Of a stretch of DNA of 64,000 nucleotides, positions 27,575-36,249 are shown in pieces. The stretch's first letter is position 1, and each line of letters begins with the position of its first letter. The stretch lies in the NCBI GenBank assembly GCA_038728585.1, contig JAVYTR010000007.1:25680-89679 (forward strand), written 5' to 3'. The position numbers and the translations under genes are program-made. The DNA comes from Conexivisphaerales archaeon (lineage in GTDB: Archaea > Thermoproteota > Nitrososphaeria > Conexivisphaerales > DTJL01). The notes below the pieces were generated by a model. That model was not told where the DNA came from. It was given only the letters and a program-made list of their open reading frames with translations, and searched no databases.

Positions 27575-28856
27575 AGAAAAGTTACTCGATATCACAGAAG
27601 CCTCTTCTGCAGATGTGGGCAGCAAGGTTTCTGTTTCAGGCTGGGTAGAGGATGTAAGGCCTCTCGGCAGCCTACTCTTCGCTGTGCTGAGGGATGCCAA
27701 TTCATCAATACAGCTGGTCTTCGATAAGGAATCTGGGGAAGCTTTTGAGTCAGCAGGCAAGGTACCAAGGCAGAGCTATGTCGTTGCAACTGGTATTCTG
27801 CAGGAGAGCAGGTCGAAGAATTATAAGAAGGAGATAAGGGTAGAAAAGCTTACTGTAGCTGGCGAGGCAAAGCATCCTCTCCCCCTCGACCCAACAGGAA
27901 GGGTAGATGCTAACCTCGATGTCAGACTTGATGCAAGGGCTTTAGACCTGAGGAACCCCAGGGTTTCAGCGATATTCAAGATCAAGGCAACTTTTCTTTC
28001 ATCTGCTCGAAGCTATCTGCAGAAAAATGGCTTCCTAGAAGTCAATACTCCAAAGCTGATAGGCGCTGCAGCAGAAGGGGGGGCTGAGCTGTTCAGGGTA
28101 AAATACTTTGACAGGGAGGCATTTTTGGCGCAAAGTCCCCAGCTTTACAAGGAAGAGCTGACCCTTTCCCTGCAGAAGGTGTTCGAGATTGCCAGCTATT
28201 TCAGAGCTGAAAAGAGCCATACAACAAGGCACCTGAACGAGTTTCTGAGCCTGGATGCTGAAGCAGCTCTCTATACAAAGGAGGATGCCATGAGTCTTCT
28301 TGAAGGTCTTTTGGTTGATGCGTTGAAGACGATAAGCGAGGAAAGAAGAGATGAGCTGAAAAGGCTTGATGTCAATCTGGCCATTCCATCCCTACCGCTA
28401 GAAAGAATAACCTATTCAGAAGCGCTCAGCTACCTATCTTCAAACGGCAGGGAACTGAAATTCGGAGATGACCTTGATAGTGATTCGCTCAAGATTCTGT
28501 CGGGCAGGATGAAAGGCTACTACTTCATCACAGACTGGCCTGCTGAATGCAAGCCGTTCTACATAAAACCATCAGGCAGAGAATTGACAGAGTCGTTTGA
28601 CCTCATGGCCGGGGCTCTCGAACTGGCGTCAGGAGGCGAGAGGGTGGCAACAAGAAGTCTGCTCGAAGAGAGGCTGGTCGCCAAGAATCTGAATCCAAAG
28701 GATTTCGAGTCACACCTGAGATGCTACGACTGGGGTATGCCTCCCCACTCTGGATGGGGTTTCGGCGTTGACAGATTCATAGCTCACATAACGAACCAGA
28801 CAAACATAAGGGAGGCTGTCCTCTATCCCAGGGATGAAACCAGGCTCACCCCTTGA
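27564..28856 (+). CDS. aspS: aspartyl-tRNA synthetase (archaeal/eukaryal type)
   Basis: N-terminal OB fold, class II motif 2 FRAEKSHTTRHLNEF, motif 3 GWGFGVDRF. Overlaps the upstream gene by 11 nt. Confidence 0.9.
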   Translation: MRDREKLLDITEASSADVGSKVSVSGWVEDVRPLGSLLFAVLRDANSSIQLVFDKESGEAFESAGKVPRQSYVVATGILQESRSKNYKKEIRVEKLTVAGEAKHPLPLDPTGRVDANLDVRLDARALDLRNPRVSAIFKIKATFLSSARSYLQKNGFLEVNTPKLIGAAAEGGAELFRVKYFDREAFLAQSPQLYKEELTLSLQKVFEIASYFRAEKSHTTRHLNEFLSLDAEAALYTKEDAMSLLEGLLVDALKTISEERRDELKRLDVNLAIPSLPLERITYSEALSYLSSNGRELKFGDDLDSDSLKILSGRMKGYYFITDWPAECKPFYIKPSGRELTESFDLMAGALELASGGERVATRSLLEERLVAKNLNPKDFESHLRCYDWGMPPHSGWGFGVDRFIAHITNQTNIREAVLYPRDETRLTP

Positions 28857-28865
28857 GGTTCTTGT

Positions 28866-30116
28866 TCATGCAAGGATGTTCCAGGAAATCTTTCCCTGAA
28901 AGATCGTTCCCTCTTCAGAATCCACTCTATTGATCAGCCTGAGCGGTATGCCGTTGTAGCGTAGATAGCCAAGAAATGCGACCATCCAGGGATTGCTTGG
29001 CAGCCTGTCTGTTCTTTCTCTGAGCTCTATCGAGATCAACTTTGTTACATCGTCATACCTTACTTTTCCTCTTTCAGCCAAGAAATGGTCAAGAAGCTCT
29101 GTCCACGCATGAAGCCCAGCTTCCGGCTTAAGAGTGAATATTCTGCTCGGTACAGCTGAGGCTAGTCTGAGGTAGAAGTCTGTCGAAATCGCTTCTAAAT
29201 CCTCATTCTTCATCCTGCTGAAGAGAGTATCAAGGAGAAGCTTTTCAACCCTTGAAGTGCTTAGTGATTCTAGCTCTTCAGCCAGACCAGAGCTCTTCAT
29301 CCTCATGTACCTGTTCATTTCGACCGAGTCATTCCAGAGCTGCTGAAAGTAGTCTCTCTCAACCATAGAGGCAACATCACCGAGCGAGATTATGGTTGCT
29401 CCTCCGCTGCTCGGGTTGGCTATCATTACAGAGGAACCGTCAGCAATAAATATGCTTCTGCCTTCATTCGCTTTGCCTATCAAAACCCTGACTTCTGATG
29501 CTATGTCAGGCCTTGCTTGCTCAGCCACTTCTTCAAATCCCTGGTTCATAACCACAATCTTGACATCAACATCACGCAGTGAAAGGGAGGCAAGTTGCTT
29601 TCTGCAACAGCTTATCAGTACGTTCATCCAGTAGCTGTCAACTACAGCATGGAAACTGCTCTGGCAGTCCTCTATCATGTCCGAGAGCCTCGCCTGGGCT
29701 TCGCTTGCAACATAGATGTAGTACTTTCCTTCAGCTATGGATTTCCCCTTCAGTCCTTCCTCCCTCAGCCTTCTTATTCTGGCGAGACTAGCTTTCAGCT
29801 CCTTCAACCTCTTCTCCTCTTGCCTGATGGTAGAATCGAAGACTTCATCTGCATCGACAGCTGTGAACCTGAGCGGCTTCTCTTTAAGCCTCAGCAGACC
29901 TCTTTTGGCAAGACTTCTTACGCTCTGGTAGACCTTTGTCCTTGGCACGCCTGACCTGAATGCCAGCTCCCTCATAGGAAGAGAACCTTCTGTCAGAGCA
30001 CATATGTAGACTCTTGCTTCATACTCCGTCAGTCCCAGCTCCTTGAGCGAGTCTATAGCAGCCCTTCCCTGTGCCTGCACATGCTGCAGATACCAGCTGC
30101 AAATAGAATATGTCAT
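28866..30116 (-). CDS. TrmB-family transcriptional regulator with extended C-terminal region
   Basis: N-terminal wHTH LGLTEYEARVYICALTEGSLPMRELAFRSGVPRTKVYQSVRSLAKRGLL, a coiled-coil linker, a TrmB_C-like middle domain, and about 150 extra C-terminal residues. Divergent from the ESCRT-III genes. Confidence 0.7.
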   Translation of the reverse strand: MTYSICSWYLQHVQAQGRAAIDSLKELGLTEYEARVYICALTEGSLPMRELAFRSGVPRTKVYQSVRSLAKRGLLRLKEKPLRFTAVDADEVFDSTIRQEEKRLKELKASLARIRRLREEGLKGKSIAEGKYYIYVASEAQARLSDMIEDCQSSFHAVVDSYWMNVLISCCRKQLASLSLRDVDVKIVVMNQGFEEVAEQARPDIASEVRVLIGKANEGRSIFIADGSSVMIANPSSGGATIISLGDVASMVERDYFQQLWNDSVEMNRYMRMKSSGLAEELESLSTSRVEKLLLDTLFSRMKNEDLEAISTDFYLRLASAVPSRIFTLKPEAGLHAWTELLDHFLAERGKVRYDDVTKLISIELRERTDRLPSNPWMVAFLGYLRYNGIPLRLINRVDSEEGTIFQGKISWNILA

Positions 30117-30146
30117 GTCTATGTTTCTTAACTTGCAGCTCTAATT

Positions 30147-30177
30147 TGTCACCGGCAGGCCTGTAACCGGAGTGACA
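30147..30177. promoter_or_regulatory. imperfect inverted repeat in the TrmB-like / cdvB divergent promoter
   Basis: TGTCACCGG-N11-CCGGAGTGACA has GTCAC/GTGAC half-sites with a 2-nt bulge. It lies between start codons 30116 (-) and 30241 (+). Confidence 0.2.
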
Positions 30178-30240
30178 GGAAGGCAGGGTTACATCAACCA
30201 TAATACTGCTTGAACCGATGCATAAGCAGGTGCAGTAATA

Positions 30241-30888
30241 ATGTCCGAATTCAGCAAGAAATGGCAGACACCCAATACTCCGGGCTTCGGAGAGAGGGTC
30301 AGGGAAGCTGTCAGGCCAGCAGGGCCTCTAAAGCCAAGGATAGACGCAGCCGTGAGAAGCATCCAGATACAGATCTCAAAGCTTGATGCTACGAGCAACA
30401 GGCTGAAGGAGAGAGACACAACACTATTCAACAAGGTAGTCGCATCGATTCAGAAGCATGATACACAGCACGCATCTGTCTATGCAAACGAGCTCGCAGA
30501 GATAAGAAAGATGAACCGGATGGTTTCATCTGCAAAGATAGCCCTCGAACAGATAGTACTCAGACTCAGCACTGCAACCGAGCTGGGCGACATAGTGGTA
30601 ACGCTTGCTCCAGCGATGGCAGTGATAAAGAGTGTCAAGTCAGGCCTTGTCGGAGTGATGCCTGAGGCTGAACAGGAGATCAGCGAGATCAACAATGTAC
30701 TGAGCAGCATACTCGTAGATGCAGGCCAGCTTGGAGGCTTGACTCTGAACTTTGAGGCAGCGAACGAAGATGCAGAGAGGATACTGGGCGAAGCTTCAGC
30801 CGTTGCAGAGCAGAGAATGAAGGACAAGTTCCCGGACCTACCAGCTCTCGGAACACCCGAAGGACAGAGTTACACACAGCAGTCCTAA
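30241..30888 (+). CDS. ESCRT-III (Snf7/CdvB-family) protein, short paralog
   Basis: 215 aa with a helical-hairpin core. Blocks VYANELAEIRKM and ALEQIVLRLSTATELGD match the CdvB family. The C-terminal Pro-rich motif FPDLPALGTPEG is MIM2-like. No winged helix. Confidence 0.8.
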   Translation: MSEFSKKWQTPNTPGFGERVREAVRPAGPLKPRIDAAVRSIQIQISKLDATSNRLKERDTTLFNKVVASIQKHDTQHASVYANELAEIRKMNRMVSSAKIALEQIVLRLSTATELGDIVVTLAPAMAVIKSVKSGLVGVMPEAEQEISEINNVLSSILVDAGQLGGLTLNFEAANEDAERILGEASAVAEQRMKDKFPDLPALGTPEGQSYTQQS

Positions 30889-30918
30889 GACAGCAGAACT
30901 GTCTGAGTGGGCTGCATG

Positions 30919-30935
30919 TTTCTTTCTTTTTATTT
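30919..30935 (+). terminator. oligo-T tract downstream of the first ESCRT-III gene
   Basis: tttctttctttttattt lies about 30 nt after the stop codon. Archaeal termination typically uses T runs. Confidence 0.3.
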
Positions 30936-31021
30936 AGTTGTAAACGATTATCGACAACTATGTAGTATATCTTCCAGCCGAACAACTTTCTCCGTCTGTA
31001 GCTTTGACAGGGAGATAAGAA

Positions 31022-31885
31022 GTGAAGTTAGCAGCCTGGGGGAAGCAGAAAGAGAAGAGGGAAGGAATAAGGGACAAGGTGCTAGATGCGATAAGGAAGC
31101 TAGAATACCATAAGAGGGAGGTGCAGAATCTGAGGAGAAGACTACAGGACAGAAGCAACAGGATTTTTGAAAGCGTTGTTGTCTGCATACAGCTTGGGGA
31201 GAAGGATAAAGCAACGATATACGCTAACGAAAACGCAGAAATTAAGAAGATAATGAGGGCCCTCAGGACAGCGGAGCTTGCGCTGATTCAGGTTATACTC
31301 AGGCTTGAGAGCATAAGGGATGTTGGAGAGGCGATGAAGGAGATGGAGCAGGCCTTCGGTGTCATAAAGAGCATGGGTAAGGTTATAGAGGGGATGTCTC
31401 TGCAGATGAACGTAGCCCAGGATAACATACAGAATACACTGAACGAGACCATGGCAGAGCTTCAGCAACTTGCTCCAGACCTCAGGCTGGATGTTCAGAC
31501 ATCAAACGGAGAGCAGATAGTAGAAGAGGCTATGAAGTACATAGAGCAGCAGATAGCAGCTGAAGGACTTCCTGACCCGGCAAAGCTCATGCAGGATGTA
31601 GCCAGCATAGAAAGCAGTATGCAGGCAAGGCCCCTGCTCGCTTCAGGAGAAGGTGAGGATGAGAGGCTGAAGATAGATGTGGTATCATCTCCGGGCAACA
31701 GCATAGAAGATCTGGTAAGTAACTATGTGAGGTCAAAGGGGGGCAGGCTTGATATATACGATACAGCGAACGCAGTAGGGGCTCCGGTTGAAGAAGTTGA
31801 AAGAAGCATCATCAAGCTTGCGAGCGAAGGGAAGATCAAGCTCCAGAGGAACGAAGGAGCTGAAGCAGGAGGGATTCAGGCATGA
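31022..31885 (+). CDS. cdvB: CdvB-type ESCRT-III protein with C-terminal winged-helix domain
   Basis: 287 aa. ESCRT-III core (IYANENAEIKKIMRALRTAELALIQVILRLESIRDVGE), a Pro motif EGLPDPAKL, and a C-terminal wH-like segment DIYDTANAVGAPVEEVERSIIKLASEGKIKL. The stop overlaps the vps4 start. Confidence 0.8.
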   Translation: MKLAAWGKQKEKREGIRDKVLDAIRKLEYHKREVQNLRRRLQDRSNRIFESVVVCIQLGEKDKATIYANENAEIKKIMRALRTAELALIQVILRLESIRDVGEAMKEMEQAFGVIKSMGKVIEGMSLQMNVAQDNIQNTLNETMAELQQLAPDLRLDVQTSNGEQIVEEAMKYIEQQIAAEGLPDPAKLMQDVASIESSMQARPLLASGEGEDERLKIDVVSSPGNSIEDLVSNYVRSKGGRLDIYDTANAVGAPVEEVERSIIKLASEGKIKLQRNEGAEAGGIQA

Positions 31886-33078
31886 GTGAACAGGCAGCTC
31901 ATGAACTAGAGAATGCTGCTAGCAGGTATGCAGCAGAAGCGATCAAAGCTGACAGTCAGGGAAGTTATGGCACAGCTATCAACCTCTACCAGAAGGCGAT
32001 ATCAACACTGATGAGACTTGTTCAGCTCTACCCCGAATACAAGCTGAATCAGCTTTATCTGCAGAGGGCAATGACGTATCAGGAGAGGATAAAGGCTCTT
32101 CAGTCAGCTAGAGGGATGCTTCCTCCAGACAACCCCAGCAACGAATTCTCGCCCAAGATAGCATCCTCTCCTTCTTCATCAGGGACTATGGTGGAGACGC
32201 TGAAGGCGTCGTTTGATGACCTGGTTGTGAAGGAGAAGCCGGATGTCAGGATAGATGACGTAGTCGGTCTGGAGGACTCGAAGAGAGCTCTTAGGGAAGC
32301 AATAATCTTTCCGTACAAGAGACCAGACCTGTTTCCTCTTGGCTGGCCTAGGGGTATACTTCTTTATGGACCTCCTGGCTGTGGCAAGACGATGCTTGCT
32401 GCGGCAACTGCAGCAGAGATAGATGGGTACTTCATAACAGTCGATGCTGCAAGCATAATGAGCAAATGGCTGGGAGAAGCTGAAAAGAACGTTTCCAGGC
32501 TTTTCAATACAGCAAGAGAACTGACCAAGGATGGGCATCCCTGCATCATATTCATAGATGAGGTAGACTCTCTGTTGGGAGTAAGGAACCAGGAAGTTGG
32601 AGGGGAGATAAGGGTCAGGAACCAGTTCCTGAAAGAGATGGACGGAATTCTTGACAAGGGCCACAAGAGGCCTCTCTACGTTCTTGCTGCGACAAACAAG
32701 CCTTGGCAGCTGGATGCACCTTTTCTGAGGAGGTTCGAGAAGAGGATCTATGTCTCTCTTCCTGATACTGCAGCAAGAAGGTTCATGTTCGAACAGTACA
32801 CCAAGCCTCTAACCCTAGACCCGAGCGTGAGCCTTTCAGAACTTGCAAGACTTTCAGAGAACTACTCAGGCAGCGATATCAAGGATATCTGCCAGGCAGT
32901 GCAACTGAGGGTTGTAGCTGAGCTGTTCGAAAAAGGCTCGGCAAACGACCCGAACAACAAGCCAAGGCCTATAACTATGAACGACTTCAAGGAAGTTCTG
33001 AGGATCAGAAAGCCGAGTGTACCGAAGGAGGCGCTGAAGGCATTCATAACCTGGAGCGAAAACTATAAGGCTCTTTGA
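31882..33078 (+). CDS. cdvC: Vps4/CdvC AAA+ ATPase with N-terminal MIT domain
   Basis: MIT-like three-helix N-terminus (AINLYQKAISTLMRLVQLYPE), Walker A GPPGCGKT, Walker B IIFIDEVDS, and an SRH region. Confidence 0.9.
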   Translation: MSEQAAHELENAASRYAAEAIKADSQGSYGTAINLYQKAISTLMRLVQLYPEYKLNQLYLQRAMTYQERIKALQSARGMLPPDNPSNEFSPKIASSPSSSGTMVETLKASFDDLVVKEKPDVRIDDVVGLEDSKRALREAIIFPYKRPDLFPLGWPRGILLYGPPGCGKTMLAAATAAEIDGYFITVDAASIMSKWLGEAEKNVSRLFNTARELTKDGHPCIIFIDEVDSLLGVRNQEVGGEIRVRNQFLKEMDGILDKGHKRPLYVLAATNKPWQLDAPFLRRFEKRIYVSLPDTAARRFMFEQYTKPLTLDPSVSLSELARLSENYSGSDIKDICQAVQLRVVAELFEKGSANDPNNKPRPITMNDFKEVLRIRKPSVPKEALKAFITWSENYKAL

Positions 33079-33125
33079 GAGAGCTTCCAATTAGATTTAT
33101 AACCATATGCAAAGAAGAGTTCAGC

Positions 33126-33599
33126 ATGCCAAAACAGATCTTTGACGCCAAGACATTCAAGGATATTTTACCCAGAGCAGAAGAGGTAAGGGTTGTAAGG
33201 AGCGATGGTAAGACAAAGCTGAAGCTCAGGACAAAGAGTATGCTTTACACTTATGTTACGGATGAGATTGAGGCTGAAAGACTCCTGAAGGATATCGACA
33301 AGCCTGTTGTAGACCTTACTCCAAAGAAACCAGAGAAGGAGAAGCCAAAGGAAGAGGGCAAGAAGCCAGAAGCTAAAGCTGTAGAAGTGGGAGTGGAGGA
33401 GGAGAAGAAGAAGGAAGGGAAAGAGAAGGAGAAGGCCAAAGAAAAGGCGAAGGTAAAGGCTGAAGAAAAGAAGGAAGCAGAAACAGAAGCTAGAGCAGAA
33501 ACAGAAACAGAAGCTGAAGCTGAGGAAAAAGAAGAAAAGGAAAAGAAGCCTGCTAAGAGGTCAAGAGGGAAGAAGAAAGAGGAGAAGACTGAGCAATAA
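33126..33599 (+). CDS. ribosomal protein L38e-like domain fused to a K/E-rich low-complexity tail
   Basis: From ATG 33126 the sequence is MPKQIFDAKTFKDILPRAEEVRVVRSDGKTKLKLRTKSMLYTYVTDEIEAERLLKDI. This aligns by eye with eukaryotic L38 ([60 protein letters not shown]). About 90 aa of K/E/A/T-rich tail follow. Confidence 0.6.
   Translation: MPKQIFDAKTFKDILPRAEEVRVVRSDGKTKLKLRTKSMLYTYVTDEIEAERLLKDIDKPVVDLTPKKPEKEKPKEEGKKPEAKAVEVGVEEEKKKEGKEKEKAKEKAKVKAEEKKEAETEARAETETEAEAEEKEEKEKKPAKRSRGKKKEEKTEQ
33330..33596 (+). repeat. coding low-complexity purine-rich (GAA/AAG/GAG) tract
   Basis: Encodes the KEKPKEEGKKPEAK...ETEAEAEEKEEKEKK tail. Internal short repeats such as gaaacagaagc are present. Confidence 0.7.
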
Positions 33600-34343
33600 A
33601 GGTATAGTCAGACCAGGCAGAACCTTTCTTTTCTTGAGCAAAAGCATAGTCAGCATAACACCTGAATCGACTACAACCATAGAAACCAGTGCGAAGAATA
33701 GTCCCTTCATCAGAAAGGCAGCGGCAGGCACCATCGAGTAGAATATCTGGTCTCCTAAGCCCATAGTTATCTTTCCAATATCCATGCTGAGCATTCCGAA
33801 CCCGGGCTCGTCGATAGCCCTTTTTAGAGGACCCTTGAATACAGCTATCACGTCATAGATTGCAAAGAAAAGGAGGATGAGGTAGAGGGTGGGAGGTGTG
33901 AAGACTATTCCCAAGAATGCGCCTGATTCACTGCTTACAAGTACTGCAAGTGCAGTCTTCGACATTGTATTTCCCCTGAAGATGACAACATATGCAAGTA
34001 TGGCTACTGCGGCGCTCGCAACCAGAGATAAGTAAAAGGGTATATTTTGCATCCCAAGTATGAGAGATGTGAGGATGAAGATAAGGAAGGCTTCTGCAGC
34101 AGCATAAACAGCTTTGGCGGTTCTGTGCTTCCTAAGCCTGAGGTATATTAGAGTTCCCAGACCGGGCAAAAGAACAAAGATGAGAGCATTAACTACATAC
34201 GACCCCTTCCCGCTCACGGGTTCGAAAGCTACCTGTCCGAAGAGCGAGGATATGGATGATGCAAATGCTATGGCTGCAAGCTGTGCGGTTGCTGTTATAA
34301 GTAAGACGAAGCCCTCATGCCTCAATCCCATAACCATAAACAC
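33561..34343 (-). CDS. presenilin / signal-peptide-peptidase-like intramembrane aspartyl protease (A22 family)
   Basis: 260 aa, polytopic. Has the YD motif (FFAIYDVIAVF), the G-x-G-D motif (MGLGDQIFYS) and a PAL-like PAA motif. The 3' end overlaps the convergent L38e-like gene by 39 nt. Confidence 0.65.
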   Translation of the reverse strand: MFMVMGLRHEGFVLLITATAQLAAIAFASSISSLFGQVAFEPVSGKGSYVVNALIFVLLPGLGTLIYLRLRKHRTAKAVYAAAEAFLIFILTSLILGMQNIPFYLSLVASAAVAILAYVVIFRGNTMSKTALAVLVSSESGAFLGIVFTPPTLYLILLFFAIYDVIAVFKGPLKRAIDEPGFGMLSMDIGKITMGLGDQIFYSMVPAAAFLMKGLFFALVSMVVVDSGVMLTMLLLKKRKVLPGLTIPLLLSLLLFLLPS

Positions 34344-34395
34344 TTGGAATATCTTATGGATTCATAAGTGCTCCGTCAAATGTTCTCTGCAGCAG

Positions 34396-34926
34396 CTACA
34401 GCTTCACTTTTGCTGCGCAATCGTTGCAGAGAACCGGCAACCTTGCATCGACTTCCTGCAAGGTGTTCGCAAACTTCATTATGCATGTCTCCTTTTCGCA
34501 GTGGTTCAGGCCAACAAGGTGACCTATTTCGTGAGCCAGTTCTTTGTAAACCCTTTCTTCGAACTTCTTTGAGTCTGCAGATTCCTTCAACCTCTTCAAG
34601 GAGACAACGGCTGAGCCTGCTCTTGGCTCCGCATAGCCAAACACAAAGTTTGAGCCCGGGATGAATATGTCGTTGTCTGTTAACCCTACTACCAGGTCAT
34701 ACCCCCCATTCTCCTTCAATTCCTTAAGATGACTGATCAAAGAAGTTGCATTCCACTGCCTTCTAGCCTGGTCATACCCATTGCCAGACACTTCGAACGA
34801 ACCTGGGATTATCCTTGCCTTCAGCCCGTAGACTGATGCTGCAGTAAGTGCAGGGGAATCGTCATGCAGCAGGACTTCGTCCCCCAGATGAACAAACGTG
34901 ATAAGTCTTTCACTTCTAGGCTTCAA
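34396..34926 (-). CDS. amzA: archaemetzincin
   Basis: Zn motif HEIGHLVGLNHC, plus C-terminal cysteines CIMKF...CNDC. About 176 aa. The TTG start overlaps the upstream gene by 11 nt. Confidence 0.85.
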   Translation of the reverse strand: MKPRSERLITFVHLGDEVLLHDDSPALTAASVYGLKARIIPGSFEVSGNGYDQARRQWNATSLISHLKELKENGGYDLVVGLTDNDIFIPGSNFVFGYAEPRAGSAVVSLKRLKESADSKKFEERVYKELAHEIGHLVGLNHCEKETCIMKFANTLQEVDARLPVLCNDCAAKVKL

Positions 34927-36181
34927 TCAGGTCACCCATCTTCGGCACAATGGCTTCAAGACCGAATTCTTCCCGCAGAGTCTGGGAGAACTTCTGGCTA
35001 TATTCCTTTTCCCCGTGCACAACTATCACCTTAGGATTGCCCTTGACCTTATCTTTGAAAAACTTCATCAGTTCGGACCTGCCCAGGTGTGATGAGAAGT
35101 CATACCTCTGCACATCTGCCAGAACTTTCTTGTACTTTCTTCCGTCTATAGTTACCTCCTTTTTCTCCAGAAGTCTTGCCCCTGGAGTTCCAGGAACCTG
35201 GAAAGAGACTATGGCTATGACACTCTTCGGGTCTCTAGCTATCTGTGAATTGTAGAACACTGAAGCCCCGCCTACAAGCATACCTGCAGGAGAAATTATC
35301 ACCGAGGGCTCTGAAACTACCCTTCTTCTTGTTCCGTGGTCTCTCACGTACTCCACTCTGGCAAGTGCCCTGCTCAGATATTCGACATCCTTGACATAAT
35401 CCCCATTCTCAAGAAGGATCTGGTTCGTTTTCAAAGCCATACCGTCCATGTAGACCCTTCCCTTGAAGCCATGAGCATAAAGGATGCAGGCTATCTCCTG
35501 CGCTCTCCCTACAGCGAAAGAGGGGACAAGAAAAACACCTCCTCCTTCAACTGTCTCCTTTGCAGCCTGAACAAACCTTTCCTCCTCCATCTTCCTGTCT
35601 ACGTGGTCGGAATAGGAGTAGGTGCTCTCTGTTATCAGGATGTCAGGTTCTACAGATGGCAGCTGTGCCCCTGCAAGAAGCTGTGTTTCCACAGTATTCA
35701 TATCTCCTGTGTAGATTAACTTCTTTCCGTCCTTACCCTCAATTTCAGTTATAGCGCTTCCTGGTATATGCCCAGCATCGTAAAACCTGAGCTTTGCAGA
35801 TTTTACATCAAAATCATCGTTATAGCCTTTCATCATGTAGGACCTGCTGAACCGCCTTACAGCCTCTGAATCGAAAGGAAGCAGGGGACCGCTTATGTTA
35901 AGAAAGTCGTACAGCAGCAGCTCAGAAAGGTAAAGTGTGACAGGTGTCCCATACCCTGCGGGACCTGCTGAAACGTAAAGAAGAGGTGCTGCCCCAACAT
36001 GGTCGAGGTGGGCATGACTCAGCACTACAGCATCGACATCTCTTGGCCTGACGTGTGCAGGGAAGAGAGGTTCTCTATGCATCTGAACACCGTAGTCAAG
36101 GAGTATTCTTGCACCATCATCTTCAACCAGAAAACCTGACCTGCCTACTTCGCCTGCAGCTCCAAGAACCCTAACTTGCAT
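34916..36181 (-). CDS. metallo-beta-lactamase / beta-CASP ribonuclease (aCPSF2-like, no KH domains)
   Basis: MBL motif HAHLDHVGA, a beta-CASP middle region, and a C-terminal motif VVHGE. 421 aa. Confidence 0.8.
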   Translation of the reverse strand: MQVRVLGAAGEVGRSGFLVEDDGARILLDYGVQMHREPLFPAHVRPRDVDAVVLSHAHLDHVGAAPLLYVSAGPAGYGTPVTLYLSELLLYDFLNISGPLLPFDSEAVRRFSRSYMMKGYNDDFDVKSAKLRFYDAGHIPGSAITEIEGKDGKKLIYTGDMNTVETQLLAGAQLPSVEPDILITESTYSYSDHVDRKMEEERFVQAAKETVEGGGVFLVPSFAVGRAQEIACILYAHGFKGRVYMDGMALKTNQILLENGDYVKDVEYLSRALARVEYVRDHGTRRRVVSEPSVIISPAGMLVGGASVFYNSQIARDPKSVIAIVSFQVPGTPGARLLEKKEVTIDGRKYKKVLADVQRYDFSSHLGRSELMKFFKDKVKGNPKVIVVHGEKEYSQKFSQTLREEFGLEAIVPKMGDLIEA

Positions 36182-36249
36182 GAATTACCACTGTTAACTT
36201 TGACAGTCTGGCTTTTTAAGGAGCCTCTATAAACCTTTGCGAGGAAAAT

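Noticed and set aside
30019-30434. ORFs 30019-30201 and 30189-30434 across the TrmB-like / cdvB promoter.
   Set aside because: They overlap the well-supported TrmB-like N-terminus and the ESCRT-III gene on the opposite strand, and they have no features of their own.
33330-33596. A purine-rich repetitive tract that could be mistaken for a tandem repeat or CRISPR-like array.
   Set aside because: There are no regularly spaced identical repeats. It is in frame and encodes the K/E-rich tail of the L38e-like protein.
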